Source of the DNA: Desulfatiglandales bacterium
GTDB taxonomy: Bacteria; Desulfobacterota; DSM-4660; Desulfatiglandales; HGW-15
Length of the DNA: 64,000 bases
Assembly: GCA_963667015.2 (NCBI GenBank)
Contig: CAXXJJ010000001.1
Span: 2,048,001-2,112,000, forward strand
Direction of reading: 5' to 3'
The notes under the pieces: generated by a model
Told to the model about the DNA's origin: nothing
The model's database searches: none
Seen by the model: only the letters and a program-made list of their open reading frames with translations
Position numbers and translations under genes: made by a program
Part shown: one piece after another, positions 30,701-38,940 of the stretch
How positions within the stretch are numbered: the first letter of the stretch is position 1
Layout: every line of letters starts with the position of its first letter

Positions 30701-33700
30701 GGTAACCGGATTGAAAAGGTCACGGATCAATTCGGCGGAGAGGTCGAATACCATTACGATGCAGACGGAAACCTTGAACAGGTTATCCAGACAAAAATAT
30801 CAGGCGCATCAAACATGATAAATAAATATGCCTATGCCACTGGTGTTGCAGAAAGGCCTGTGTTGAAGGATATAGAGGCTCCGGACGGCACAAAGCTGGG
30901 TCAGTTCGAGTATGACTCGAACGGTCGCATGACTGCGATGATTGATGCAGACGGAAACAGGATTATATATGGTTATGATTTGCCAAACCATGAACAAACA
31001 ATAACAGACCGTAATGGTAATGCTACTATTTATAATTATGACAGTGAAGGGCATGTAACAAGTAAACTTAATGCCATGAATAACCTGACAGAATGGACCT
31101 ATGATTCAAATGGGAACAAGCTTACAGAGACAAATGCTCTTAATTTAACAAATTACTATACACATGATGTTTATGGTAATATGCTTACAGAGTCAGATCC
31201 TCTTGGTAATACAACTACCTATACCTATAATGACAAAAATCTGCCTCTGACGATAACCGATGCCATAGGTAATGTTACAACTAACACATATGATATGAAT
31301 GGTAATATCCTTACTATCGTTGACCCAATGGGAAATGTTCTGACAAATGCATATGACTCAAACGGCAATCTGATATCCATGACAGATGCCATGGGTAATA
31401 CGACCTCATATGTGTACGATACTTCAGGAAATGTAATGAGTATGACAGATGCTCTTGGTAATATTACAGTCTCTACTTATGACATTTACGGTAATCAACT
31501 AACTCAGACTGTGACCAGGACAGATGAGTCCGGTACAGTGGATATGACCACAACCTCTGAGTATGATAACCTTAACCGATTGATCAAGGAAACCGACTCT
31601 GACGATGTTTTTATTGAAATGCAATATAATGATCTAGATAAGGTAACACGGCAGAGGGATAAAAACGGTGTTTGGACAGAATATGAGTATGATAACAATG
31701 GAAACCGGACCCTGATATCAATTGCTGATGGTACAACAGAATCCTATATCTATGATGGGGAAGGTAACAAACTCTCGTTTACAGACCGGGATGACCATAT
31801 CACAACATATGAATATGATGATTTGAACCGTCTGGTGCTTACAACCTATCCTGATGGTGCTGAAGTTGAATCCGTGTATAATGAGGTAGGTCAACTTATA
31901 GCATCAATAGATGAGAATGATAACCGCATAGAATATGAGTATGATGATGCCGGAAGAAGGGTTTTAATCATCGATGCACAGGACAATGAAACCAGCTTCA
32001 CATATGATGAAAATGGCAATCAGTTGACCATGACGGATGCCAACAACCATATAACTCTATTTGAATATGACGACCTGAACCGCATGATAAAAACAACATA
32101 TCATGATGGAACATTTACACAGGTCGCATATGATGCCCTTGGCCGGAAAATATCTGAGACTGACCAGAACCTGAAAACAACAGAGTACGGTTATGATGAT
32201 ATGGGACGACTCATATCTGTTACAGATGCACTTGGGTCTGAAACAAGGTATGAGTACGATGAAGTTGGTAACAAAATATCGCAAACTGATCCAAACGGCA
32301 ATATGAACATATGGGATTATGATAATTATGGTCGGATAATTGCCCACACCCTTCCTATGGGTATGTTTGAAACATTTACCTATGATGCAAACGGCAATAT
32401 GCTGACAAAAACTGACTTTAACGGTGATACCACAATATATGAATACAGTGTATGCTGCGGCAGGTTGATCAGTGAGACATATGAGGATAGTTCACAGGTT
32501 ATATACACTTACACCGGAACAGGTAAGAGGGAGTCAGTTACTGATAACAGGGGTACCACCTCATACTCCTATGACCTGAGGGACAGGCTCCTGACCGTAA
32601 ATAACCCGGACGGGACATCACTTGTTTATACATATGATGATGTGGGTAACAGAACATCTGTTACAGTACCGTCAGGTACAACTCATTATACTTTCGATTC
32701 ACTTAACAGGCTTGAAACTGTTACCGATCCGGACAGCGCGGTTACTTCATATGCTTACGATCTTGTTGGCAACAGGGAAAGTATTGCGTACCCCAACGGA
32801 AACATAGCCGAGTATGGATATGATACACTCAACAGGCTTACTTATCTTGAAAACCGGAAATCAGATGGAGAGATAATATCCAGCTTTACATATACTCTTG
32901 GTGCTTCAGGAAATCGCATCAGAGTAGTGGAAAACACAGGCCGAATAGTGGATTACACCTATGATGATGTTTATCGTCTTACAGAGGAGGCAATAACTGA
33001 TCTTGCCCTTGGAAGTGAGACAATTACATATACCTATGATTCTTTTGGCAACCGTTTGACCAAGACAGATTCCAACGGAACAGTAATATATACTTATGAT
33101 GATAATGACCGCTTGGTATCGGAAAGCGGACCGGGATATATTTACGACTACTCTTATGATGACAATGGAAATATTATTAGTAAATCAGATGGTATATCTA
33201 CAATATTATATAACTATGACTATAAAAATAGTCTGATATTTATGGACACTGATACTGTGGATACTACCTATGGTTATGATGTTGATGGTATAAGAATATC
33301 CTCCGACGCAGGTGGGGATGTTACTGTATACCTTGTTGATAAGAACAGGGATTATGCTCAGGTACTTGAAGAACGGGATAGTGTGGGAACCATTAATGTT
33401 GAATATATATATGGTAATGATCTTATTAGTCAGGAAAGAGGTGGGGAAGACTTCTGTTATTTATATGACGGTCAGATGTCTACAAGACAACTGACAAATG
33501 GTGCTGAGGATGTGGGAAATACATATGTCTATGATGCCTTTGGTATCCTGATTGATCAGGCTGGTGTAATAGCTAATAACTATATGTATACTGGTGAGCA
33601 GTATGATTCTAATGCTGGGTTCTATTATCTAAGGGCGAGATACTATAATGAAGATGTTGGGAGATTTGTAACAACTGATCCATGGCAAGGAAATATATTT

Positions 33701-34363
33701 GAACCGATAACGTTGCATAAGTATCTTTATGCTGGTGCTAATCCTGTGATGTATGCTGATCCGAGTGGTAGGTTTACTATATCGTCGGAAATGGTCGCGA
33801 GTTCGGTAATCGGAGGATTGATCAATGGGATGGTTACGGCTATAACAAACTTTGGAACCTTGAAGGAAGATCCTGCTCAATATGCGAAGAAAATAGGTAT
33901 TTCAATTGCGATTGGGGCTGTTTCTGTACCTATCGGTGGAAAACTTTCAAATTTCATCTTTAAATCAATTTTAAAGAGACCGCTTAAAAAAATTGTTCAA
34001 GGTATGATAATTGGAATGACTACAAATATGGCCTCTCAAACCATCACAGAGCTGCTTGATTTTGCTTTTAATAAGAAGAAATTAACTGGGCGTTATGTTT
34101 GCGGTTCGGTTGTAAGAACGATAGAAGCCTCATTTGCTGGAATGGCTATGGGAGGAATTCTTGCACATGTTAATGTCGTTAAACCAGTAGGGGTTAGTTA
34201 TGAAATCCCTTATAGTGGAGGCGAAACAACAATACCAACCACTATTGAAGGAGTTCGATATATATTCGATGTTGCTGGTTCATCTAAAGTTGGTGGTGGT
34301 AGCTTATTAGGAGGCATTATTGCAAGTAAATGGAGTCTTGAAAATGAAATATGCGGAAAGTAA
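24770..34363 (+). CDS. Giant secreted Rhs/YD-repeat protein: PKD, prenyltransferase-like barrel, PKDx2, FN3-like, Ig/cadherin-like, PKDx9, YD repeats, Rhs core, C-terminal putative toxin
   Basis: Signal peptide ending TALA; 12 PKD-type W(D/N/V)FGD-like motifs; many YDxxGN repeats; core YTGEQYD...YYLRARYY...GRFVTTDP...NPVMYADPSG. Confidence 0.9.
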   Translation: MNMETGKTIYGFIIRIIAIFIIFQGIMIMTLCTTALATPPKVICVPQLPSDLLVPHETWPGKSTLLKGIARDTDNNLTGGTYYWNFGDGTQSTPQSISNSDNLAASHTYTSDPGTLIVARLHVTDAAGETSSDDYRVIVKVKTLDIEVNKAIDDALWWLYRNKQVSSVTGYYWQNSPASRYTGYYANSTASAVQAFEINGYLETNDPDEDPYATVVKEGIDFLMTRLTTYNMSLQGGQNPDSNGNGIGISVTGDRQIYETGAVMDALVASGTPNAVSRTGGTNIVGRRYQDLVQDMVDMYAWGQVDSGSYRGGWRYSWGSQSDNSAAQWAAIGMIAAERHFGCTVPQWVKDQNNIWLNYSDSSSGFGYTGSGSGWGTTPSGMVQLTFDDMDTSDIRWQRSENYIANNWSSFKNYYGSNRIAYGHFAFAKAMRLALPNEITNLSATGLDWYGDETNGLARHLVNGQTSSGYWNEYDYVGRRTATAWAVIILTRTLFEKPPVAVINAGPNHGAIGQEITLDGSESYHVDPAKDIVEYLWDFDDSDGVDFDHPDAAGVEALATYGALGDYKVSLKVVDNSTPERFDISTYTVHITIPPHPPTAVVGGPYIAAVGEGVSVNGSGSYDVDEGEGDSLIAWDWESDFIAPYNFGESSGETAVLPAFTEQGHKDIALRVTDNTEVAFPGSGSPNLTNIGYGKVTVYKVGVTDLYGRTKGELCQLVWTHINVDNYEVLRSETGANYGYELIGTTSSTYSTYLDLNVLLYKDYWYRIRAEVDGEITLSAPIHIYSVGRIRNLPPQITSTPITQAQEDSLYEYDVDATDPEGTAITYLMDMAPDGMVIDASTGFITWTPSMDQLGLHEVMVRANDEDGRSVTQFFQIVVQPRPNLAPVSNPAGPYSSIINEQILLDGTGSSDPEGDTIADYHWVFGDGTDGHGSTIIHAYTAAGIYTVTLYVTDSRGATSHSETSCQVELPNRLPTANAGGPYEGEEGFAVEFDGTQSYDPDADPLTYTWNFGDSTPAETGIQVSHIYAAEGDYNVSLSVEDGQGGLDSTTVDIHIGQPNQAPSATFTHTGLPVSLETITFDGRDSSDPDGNIVSYAWDFNDGMTTTGPYVTHAFPADGSYTVSLTVKDNKGAETVYSEVLNISANQAPQAVLNVMGNLREGETVTFTAAGSTDPEGGVLTYEWDFGDGNTATGLEVDYVFTSPDLYTVTLEVTDHVGIATTETTDVSISSASGPVAVLSASGQIVINESINFDGSASYDLSGGSIVSYVWDFGDGNTSTGAVTSHAYSSTGIYQLTLTVTDNDGINSTGILSLNIGTNQPPQALFGYSGQMVVQGIINFNASSSYDPEGHALTYAWDFGDSSADTIVNPSHSYSAEGDYTVTLTVTDNLGQSDTTTRLMHIAPLSGLQAAFNVTGEYLVGSEISFDAGASTAPSGRTIVSYDWDFGDTTTAAGIQTSHIFTANGQYNVGLRITDDQGAWSEASLLLTISDVPNNDPSVDIEYAPAMWLENMQIDFSASGTDPDGDTLAYGWDFGDGNIAAGAQAGHTYTAAGIYDVTVTVDDSRGGIATDTVQVEIIEAPTENVAPVAIVNGSPQANMGEVAVFDASSSYDLNWDALTYSWDFGDSTTGSGVAPSHTYTEGGFYTLTLTVEDPSGLTDTASMQVRVADPSDTTSPDADLDDDDCVDVTDLYTITGSVYDENGVVYKLQLREQGTSTWVTFAEGEGTDITGDLGLFDPSVLKNGIYEIRLHAEDLAGNVTIDTGCMVVDGELKLGQVILPVEDINIPNQGFPLSLVREYDSRSTEGDFGPGWSLPTSDVKPAVTSPPGEGWDQEERGSFFPTYYLIQKKRHDVVISFSDSEVYRFKVDVNPKSSVLIPFGDHVPLTVSYKPVDDTQGSLVALDADPNVMMINYELLEYGVDPYNPTKYRLTRVDGTQYVISEDGIESMTDPYGNSVSYDNDGIHHSSGASLVFDRGAGNRIEKVTDQFGGEVEYHYDADGNLEQVIQTKISGASNMINKYAYATGVAERPVLKDIEAPDGTKLGQFEYDSNGRMTAMIDADGNRIIYGYDLPNHEQTITDRNGNATIYNYDSEGHVTSKLNAMNNLTEWTYDSNGNKLTETNALNLTNYYTHDVYGNMLTESDPLGNTTTYTYNDKNLPLTITDAIGNVTTNTYDMNGNILTIVDPMGNVLTNAYDSNGNLISMTDAMGNTTSYVYDTSGNVMSMTDALGNITVSTYDIYGNQLTQTVTRTDESGTVDMTTTSEYDNLNRLIKETDSDDVFIEMQYNDLDKVTRQRDKNGVWTEYEYDNNGNRTLISIADGTTESYIYDGEGNKLSFTDRDDHITTYEYDDLNRLVLTTYPDGAEVESVYNEVGQLIASIDENDNRIEYEYDDAGRRVLIIDAQDNETSFTYDENGNQLTMTDANNHITLFEYDDLNRMIKTTYHDGTFTQVAYDALGRKISETDQNLKTTEYGYDDMGRLISVTDALGSETRYEYDEVGNKISQTDPNGNMNIWDYDNYGRIIAHTLPMGMFETFTYDANGNMLTKTDFNGDTTIYEYSVCCGRLISETYEDSSQVIYTYTGTGKRESVTDNRGTTSYSYDLRDRLLTVNNPDGTSLVYTYDDVGNRTSVTVPSGTTHYTFDSLNRLETVTDPDSAVTSYAYDLVGNRESIAYPNGNIAEYGYDTLNRLTYLENRKSDGEIISSFTYTLGASGNRIRVVENTGRIVDYTYDDVYRLTEEAITDLALGSETITYTYDSFGNRLTKTDSNGTVIYTYDDNDRLVSESGPGYIYDYSYDDNGNIISKSDGISTILYNYDYKNSLIFMDTDTVDTTYGYDVDGIRISSDAGGDVTVYLVDKNRDYAQVLEERDSVGTINVEYIYGNDLISQERGGEDFCYLYDGQMSTRQLTNGAEDVGNTYVYDAFGILIDQAGVIANNYMYTGEQYDSNAGFYYLRARYYNEDVGRFVTTDPWQGNIFEPITLHKYLYAGANPVMYADPSGRFTISSEMVASSVIGGLINGMVTAITNFGTLKEDPAQYAKKIGISIAIGAVSVPIGGKLSNFIFKSILKRPLKKIVQGMIIGMTTNMASQTITELLDFAFNKKKLTGRYVCGSVVRTIEASFAGMAMGGILAHVNVVKPVGVSYEIPYSGGETTIPTTIEGVRYIFDVAGSSKVGGGSLLGGIIASKWSLENEICGK
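27420..29780 (+). repeat. Tandem array of nine diverged PKD domains within the Rhs gene
   Basis: HWVFGDG, TWNFGDS, AWDFNDG, EWDFGDG, VWDFGDG, AWDFGDS, DWDFGDT, GWDFGDG, SWDFGDS at ~85-aa spacing. Confidence 0.85.
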
Positions 34364-34892
34364 TACTGATTTGCCTATTGTTTTAAAAAATAAAGTTAAG
34401 ACTAACGATATACTAGCTATACTGATATTATCAGGCATTTGTATATTAGGTCTTCTCTATGCGTGCATTATTATTTATAAATGCGTTATTCTAGATAGAT
34501 CAATTAGTGCAAAATTAGTATTTTGGCTTATGATTAGTATTAGTGTTGTAATCATTTTTCTATTTGAGCTATTTAAAATAATAGGTAACATTTTATTTGA
34601 AACTGTAATATTTGATAAGGATGGAATAGTTGTTTTTCAGAAAGGAAAACGCAAGAAATTATTAATAGAGTTAAATAAACAGTGGTATAAGATCTGTATC
34701 AATGAAAAGGAGTATAAAATATATCTAAAAAATAATGGAGAAAGACTTATAATTCGGTTTCCTAATTTGAACGAAAGTGAATTCTATAAGAAATACATTA
34801 ATGAGGTAATAAAAATTGAAAATGTACCGCTTGGTTCTATTGAGTTGCAGGATTACCCTATAGTTCTGGAAAATAGCCGGATCAGACCTTGA
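34344..34892 (+). CDS. Putative Rhs immunity protein (two TM helices)
   Basis: GGAG then ATG 34344 overlapping the Rhs 3' end; very AT-rich; two hydrophobic helices. Confidence 0.6.
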   Translation: MKYAESNTDLPIVLKNKVKTNDILAILILSGICILGLLYACIIIYKCVILDRSISAKLVFWLMISISVVIIFLFELFKIIGNILFETVIFDKDGIVVFQKGKRKKLLIELNKQWYKICINEKEYKIYLKNNGERLIIRFPNLNESEFYKKYINEVIKIENVPLGSIELQDYPIVLENSRIRP

Positions 34893-34899
34893 AATTTGA

Positions 34900-35160
34900 C
34901 ATTGACGTTTTGGTTGGTACAACCTCCCATATACATCAGGTATGGGAGGTTATTTTATGACAAGAGCCTTAACGGCAGAGTATAAAGGCGCATTTTATCA
35001 TATTACCTGCCGCGGAAACGATCGTAATCGAATATTTTTTAATAAAACAGATTACGCAAAATTCAAATCTTATCTTGAAGAAGGGCTTAAGAGGAAACCA
35101 TCTATCATCGGGCAGACACACAGGTCTGCCCCTACAATGTTGTAATGATTCAATGTTATT
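34900..35160 (+). pseudogene. Internally deleted RAYT (REP-associated Y1 transposase) unit
   Basis: MTRALTAEYKGAFYHITCRGNDRNRIF N-terminus; ~190-bp diverged direct copy of 35215-35404; followed directly by a REP. Confidence 0.75.
35110..35135 (-). repeat. GTAG-type REP palindrome
   Basis: Reverse complement GTAG-GGGCAGAC-CTGTGT-GTCTGCCC. Confidence 0.8.
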
Positions 35161-35275
35161 TTGAAAAACTTAGAGGTTTTTAAACCAACGTGAAACCAAC
35201 GGGGTCACCCTTGGCATTGACGTTTTAGGTTGATGCAACCTCCCATATCTAAATTCAGGTATGGGAGGTTCTTTT

Positions 35276-36243
35276 ATGGCAAGAGCGTTAAGGGCAGAGT
35301 ATGAAGGCGTATTTTATCATGTGACCAGCCGCGGAAACGATCGTAAACGAATATTTTTTAATAAAACAGACTACGCAAAGTTCAAATCCTACCTTGAAGA
35401 AGGGATTAATTAATTTGGATACAGGCTCCATGCCTATGTGTTGATGACCAACCATTACCACCTGCTTTTAGAAACACCAAATGCCAACCTAAGTAAAATA
35501 ATGCATTACTTAAACAGTTCTTATACTGCCTATATAAACAGAAAAAGAGACAGAAGCGGACATTTATTCCAGGGAAGATTCAAAGCAATTCTTATTCAAA
35601 AAGATGACTACCTGTCAGAGCTGAGCAGATATATCCATCTTAACCCGGTAAAGGCCGGAATGTTTGAAAAACCTCAGGATTATATTCATAGCAGCTATAA
35701 TTCTTATACCGAACCAAAAGGAGAAAAGGCAGTCTACAGGGAATTAGTACTGGATATGATGTCAAAGAAAAGGAAAATTGCCTTAGCAAAATACAGGACT
35801 TTTGTTGAGGGCATAAAAATAGATGAGCTTGAAAATCCTTTAAAGAATATTTATGGAGGTTTTATCCTCGGCTCTAAGTCATTTATTAGGCAGACACTTG
35901 ATCTTCTGGATGATATCAGGCTGGATAACAAAGAGACATCCCACAGGAAAATGCTTCGAAATATTATTGAACCTGAAGATATAATAAAAACTGTATCAGA
36001 ATATTTATCTGTTCCTATGAATGATCTTTTTAAGATGAAAGGTGAGATAAGAGGCATTTTAATATATATGTTAAAAACCAATACAGACATATCAAACATT
36101 GAGATTGGAAAGCTATTTGAAGGATTGAGCTATTCCGCAGCATCTCAAATTAAGAAGAGGTTTTCGGACGGCCCTTTGAAAAAAAATCTATAAAGAAAAA
36201 GATCGAGGAAATACAAAAGAACCTTGCCGCAGTTAAGGGCTGA
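35276..36243 (+). pseudogene. RAYT / IS200-like Y1 HUH transposase pseudogene with C-terminal HTH-like region
   Basis: ATG 35276 MARALRAEYEGVFYHVTSRGNDR; in-frame TAA at 35411-35413; continues LMTNHYHLLL (HUH), GHLFQGRFK, YIHLNPVKAG; probable frameshift near 36170-36190, alternative frame ends ...LAAVKG at TGA 36243. Confidence 0.8.
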
Positions 36244-36275
36244 ACCCGATTATTTTCGGCACCCTTTCTATCATC

Positions 36276-36301
36276 GGGCAGACACTCAGGTCTGCCCCTA
36301 C
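36276..36301 (-). repeat. GTAG-type REP palindrome (second copy)
   Basis: Reverse complement GTAG-GGGCAGAC-CTGAGT-GTCTGCCC; flanks near-identical to 35101-35150. Confidence 0.8.
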
Positions 36302-36319
36302 AATGTTGTTATGATTTAA

Positions 36320-37978
36320 CCCAAATTTTGCATTTAAAACACAACTACCCCTACCACCCTATTAAAACAGGTATATCTGAGGTTGAAACTGTATATAATT
36401 AGTAATAAATACTCTATCTGATATCACCCATAACTTATTTTGACATTAAACCAAACCATAATTTAATAAACTCTATTCAATAGCAATGCAGTTCAATCGG
36501 TGAGGAATCAAGCTGATCCGTTTAATCATAGAGGTTAACTTTGCCTTCATTCTTTTTTCCTGTACAGATAAACGCAATATCTTTTTCCGACCACCACTGC
36601 CTAATAATCCGGGAAGTATAAAATATTTATATCGCAGAGTTTTAAGTTGTTCTCGAGGACGATTAGGATTTATTATGGTGCTGTTCAGATAGACAATCAA
36701 ATTGTAAAAGACCAACCCTATTACTGTCAGCACAGCCTCTGTAGCCCAAAAGTTCTTAAGATTGAAGCTCTCAAAGCCATATACTTCCTTCAAGTCTTTA
36801 ATTACATTCTCATCATTGGCACGAGGACGATACTCTCTCCATATCTCTTCAGGCTTTGTATAAAGTTCGTTTGTTATCATTACACTGAAACGGTATTGGT
36901 TCCAGTCTTCAAGGTCATGGAAAAGACTCGGTTGTTTTCCTAAAGCCTTTGGGCGTTTTTTTATTGATTGCTTTACAACTACATATCTTCTGGGTTGCGT
37001 CCATTTAGGGTCAGCATGTTCAAAATAAAATTCACCTACTTCGATTCCATTAGATATCTTTTTCCAATTGCTTACTCCTAATATCTCTCGTTGTATTGCC
37101 TGTGATATAGGCACTGCAATAATATAAAGATGACCTTCTGTTTCTAAATACTCAATGAAATCTATCAGATAAAATCCACTGTCACATAAAGCCCGTTTTA
37201 TTCTGAACTCACTCCCGAGTGACAATCGGCTTTGATTATAAAAATCCGCTGCACCTTGACCCGAGCTTGTATCCCCTGATCTATTCCATATATTAACAAC
37301 ATAGCCCGAACCTAAAAATGCAATTATTGGATTGTGTGAAGGCCGTCCTCGTTTCTTTGGATTGTAGCCTATCTTTGCTCCTTCCTGATTCCCGTATCGA
37401 GTTAATACAGATGAATCAAGGTTTAAGGTGTCTTCTTCAATATTTTGCCACCTTATGAGGGTAACTGCCAATTCTCTGCATGATCTACCGATTTTTTCTG
37501 ATAAACTCCGAGTGTTAATCTTTCCCCAAAACCTTGTTAATGCACTTGATGATTTAGGAATCCACGCCACTCCAAAACTCTCTTTGATTGCTTCAACACC
37601 ATGGCCCCACCAGGATAAATGACTAAATCGTTCGCCTCCGCACAATACTGTTAAAAAGGTGGCCAGAACTTTTCCATATATTCCTTTTGCATTATTTGAC
37701 TTTTCAATAACAGGGATACCTTTTTCGGCCCACGATCTAAACTCAAGTATCTCAAGTAATTTTGCTACTATCGTCGACAACCCTCCCCAAGAGGTTAGTG
37801 CTTTTTTTGTGAAAAGGATTGGAACTTGATTTACTTGCAGGCCTTTGCTATTTTTTTCTGAAAAGTGTTTCACTTTTTTGTGCTCCTTTCTATGTTGGCG
37901 CCAACCTCATAAAAGGAGCACTTTTAGTTACTTACAACTCTTTGTCAACATTTCTTAGCTTTAAATGCATAATCCGGG
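36320..37978 (-). mobile_element. IS1380-family insertion sequence
   Basis: Terminal IRs CCCAAATTTTGCATTTAAA / CCCGGATTATGCATTTAAA (16/19); TTAA direct repeats at 36316-19 and 37979-82. Confidence 0.85.
36473..37873 (-). CDS. IS1380-family DDE transposase
   Basis: LTSWGGL, LNLDSSVLTRYGNQEGAKIGYNPKKRGRPSHNP, LCDSGFY, YRPRANDENVIKDLK. Confidence 0.9.
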   Translation of the reverse strand: MKHFSEKNSKGLQVNQVPILFTKKALTSWGGLSTIVAKLLEILEFRSWAEKGIPVIEKSNNAKGIYGKVLATFLTVLCGGERFSHLSWWGHGVEAIKESFGVAWIPKSSSALTRFWGKINTRSLSEKIGRSCRELAVTLIRWQNIEEDTLNLDSSVLTRYGNQEGAKIGYNPKKRGRPSHNPIIAFLGSGYVVNIWNRSGDTSSGQGAADFYNQSRLSLGSEFRIKRALCDSGFYLIDFIEYLETEGHLYIIAVPISQAIQREILGVSNWKKISNGIEVGEFYFEHADPKWTQPRRYVVVKQSIKKRPKALGKQPSLFHDLEDWNQYRFSVMITNELYTKPEEIWREYRPRANDENVIKDLKEVYGFESFNLKNFWATEAVLTVIGLVFYNLIVYLNSTIINPNRPREQLKTLRYKYFILPGLLGSGGRKKILRLSVQEKRMKAKLTSMIKRISLIPHRLNCIAIE

Positions 37979-38025
37979 TTAAATGTTATTTTTATAATTC
38001 AGAGGCTTCGATCAATCCTGCTCTA

Positions 38026-38427
38026 TTAAACCGATTCCGGTCGTATTGGTGCGGCGAGTGGATCATCCAGAGACATAGGCGGTGAGCCGAAAATGATGAA
38101 CTCCAGCTTCTCACCCGGTGTTGCAAGCATGCTATGGGGAATACCGGTTGGGATGACGACGACAGCGCCCGGTCGAAGTTCATGATCCGTATTGTCAAAA
38201 GTAATTGTTCCAGTTCCGCTTAGCACATAATATACCTCGTCGTATCCTGCATGCAGATGCGGTTTGCCCTCGGTAACCGTTATAACATGGACGTTCGCGA
38301 CTCCTCCTTCACCACCTGTGACAATACGGCAGGTTTCTCCGTAGGGGCAACTCATAGCGGATGTTTCGTCCCGGTAGCGGATTAATGCAGTTTTTTTATG
38401 TGAAGTTGATTGTGTCTCAGTTGGCAT
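38026..38427 (-). CDS. Cupin domain protein
   Basis: PHLHAGYDEVYYVLSGTG...LRPGAVVVIPTGIPH cupin motifs; ATG 38427 preceded by GGAG. Confidence 0.85.
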   Translation of the reverse strand: MPTETQSTSHKKTALIRYRDETSAMSCPYGETCRIVTGGEGGVANVHVITVTEGKPHLHAGYDEVYYVLSGTGTITFDNTDHELRPGAVVVIPTGIPHSMLATPGEKLEFIIFGSPPMSLDDPLAAPIRPESV

Positions 38428-38940
38428 AGTAATTACTCCATTGCTTTGCGGCTGCGGTATCAATTTTCATAGGACCGCGCCGTTGGAAAAATTGCCCGCC
38501 GGAACTGCTTGGTGAACGCTTTAGATTCAGACGGATGATATTATACTGTTTATGCTTACATTTATTTGGGAATTCTTTTTTGAAGAAAAAAGTATATTGG
38601 GGCTGGCGCTGTAAGTCAATATAAACCTGGGCCGCAATATTGTAGTTGTAATTAATGTAGAAATTAAAACAGAATAAAAAGGAAGAGAGGGTTCGAAGGA
38701 ATTTATCATATAAATCTCTCAAAAATGTTTTAGTCCGAAAAATAAAGAAAAGTGGAATATATTAAGTTTACCTGGTGTTGAAATTTTATGGTCCATGAGA
38801 TGATTTAGGAGTATTTTTGAGAAACAATGGCCATCAAAAATAATTAATTCAATTGACATAATATATTGATATTGTTAGCTTCCAGTTTTTATCAAGACAG
38901 ACGGAATCATAAAAAATAAATAAAATAAAAAGGTTTTCAC

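Noticed and set aside
30900..33300. Periodic tatga(t/c)...ggtaa/ggcaa pattern resembling a DNA repeat array or CRISPR
   Set aside because: These are coding YD repeats of the Rhs protein; no identical repeats with unique spacers and no cas genes
35411..35413. In-frame stop as programmed readthrough or recoding
   Set aside because: It is TAA (not Sec/Pyl) in a gene that also appears frameshifted; simple decay is more likely
38430..38722. GC-richer stretch upstream of cupin as riboswitch, or the 101-aa ORF 38417-38722
   Set aside because: No recognisable riboswitch consensus; ORF has no protein-like features and is possibly a gene remnant
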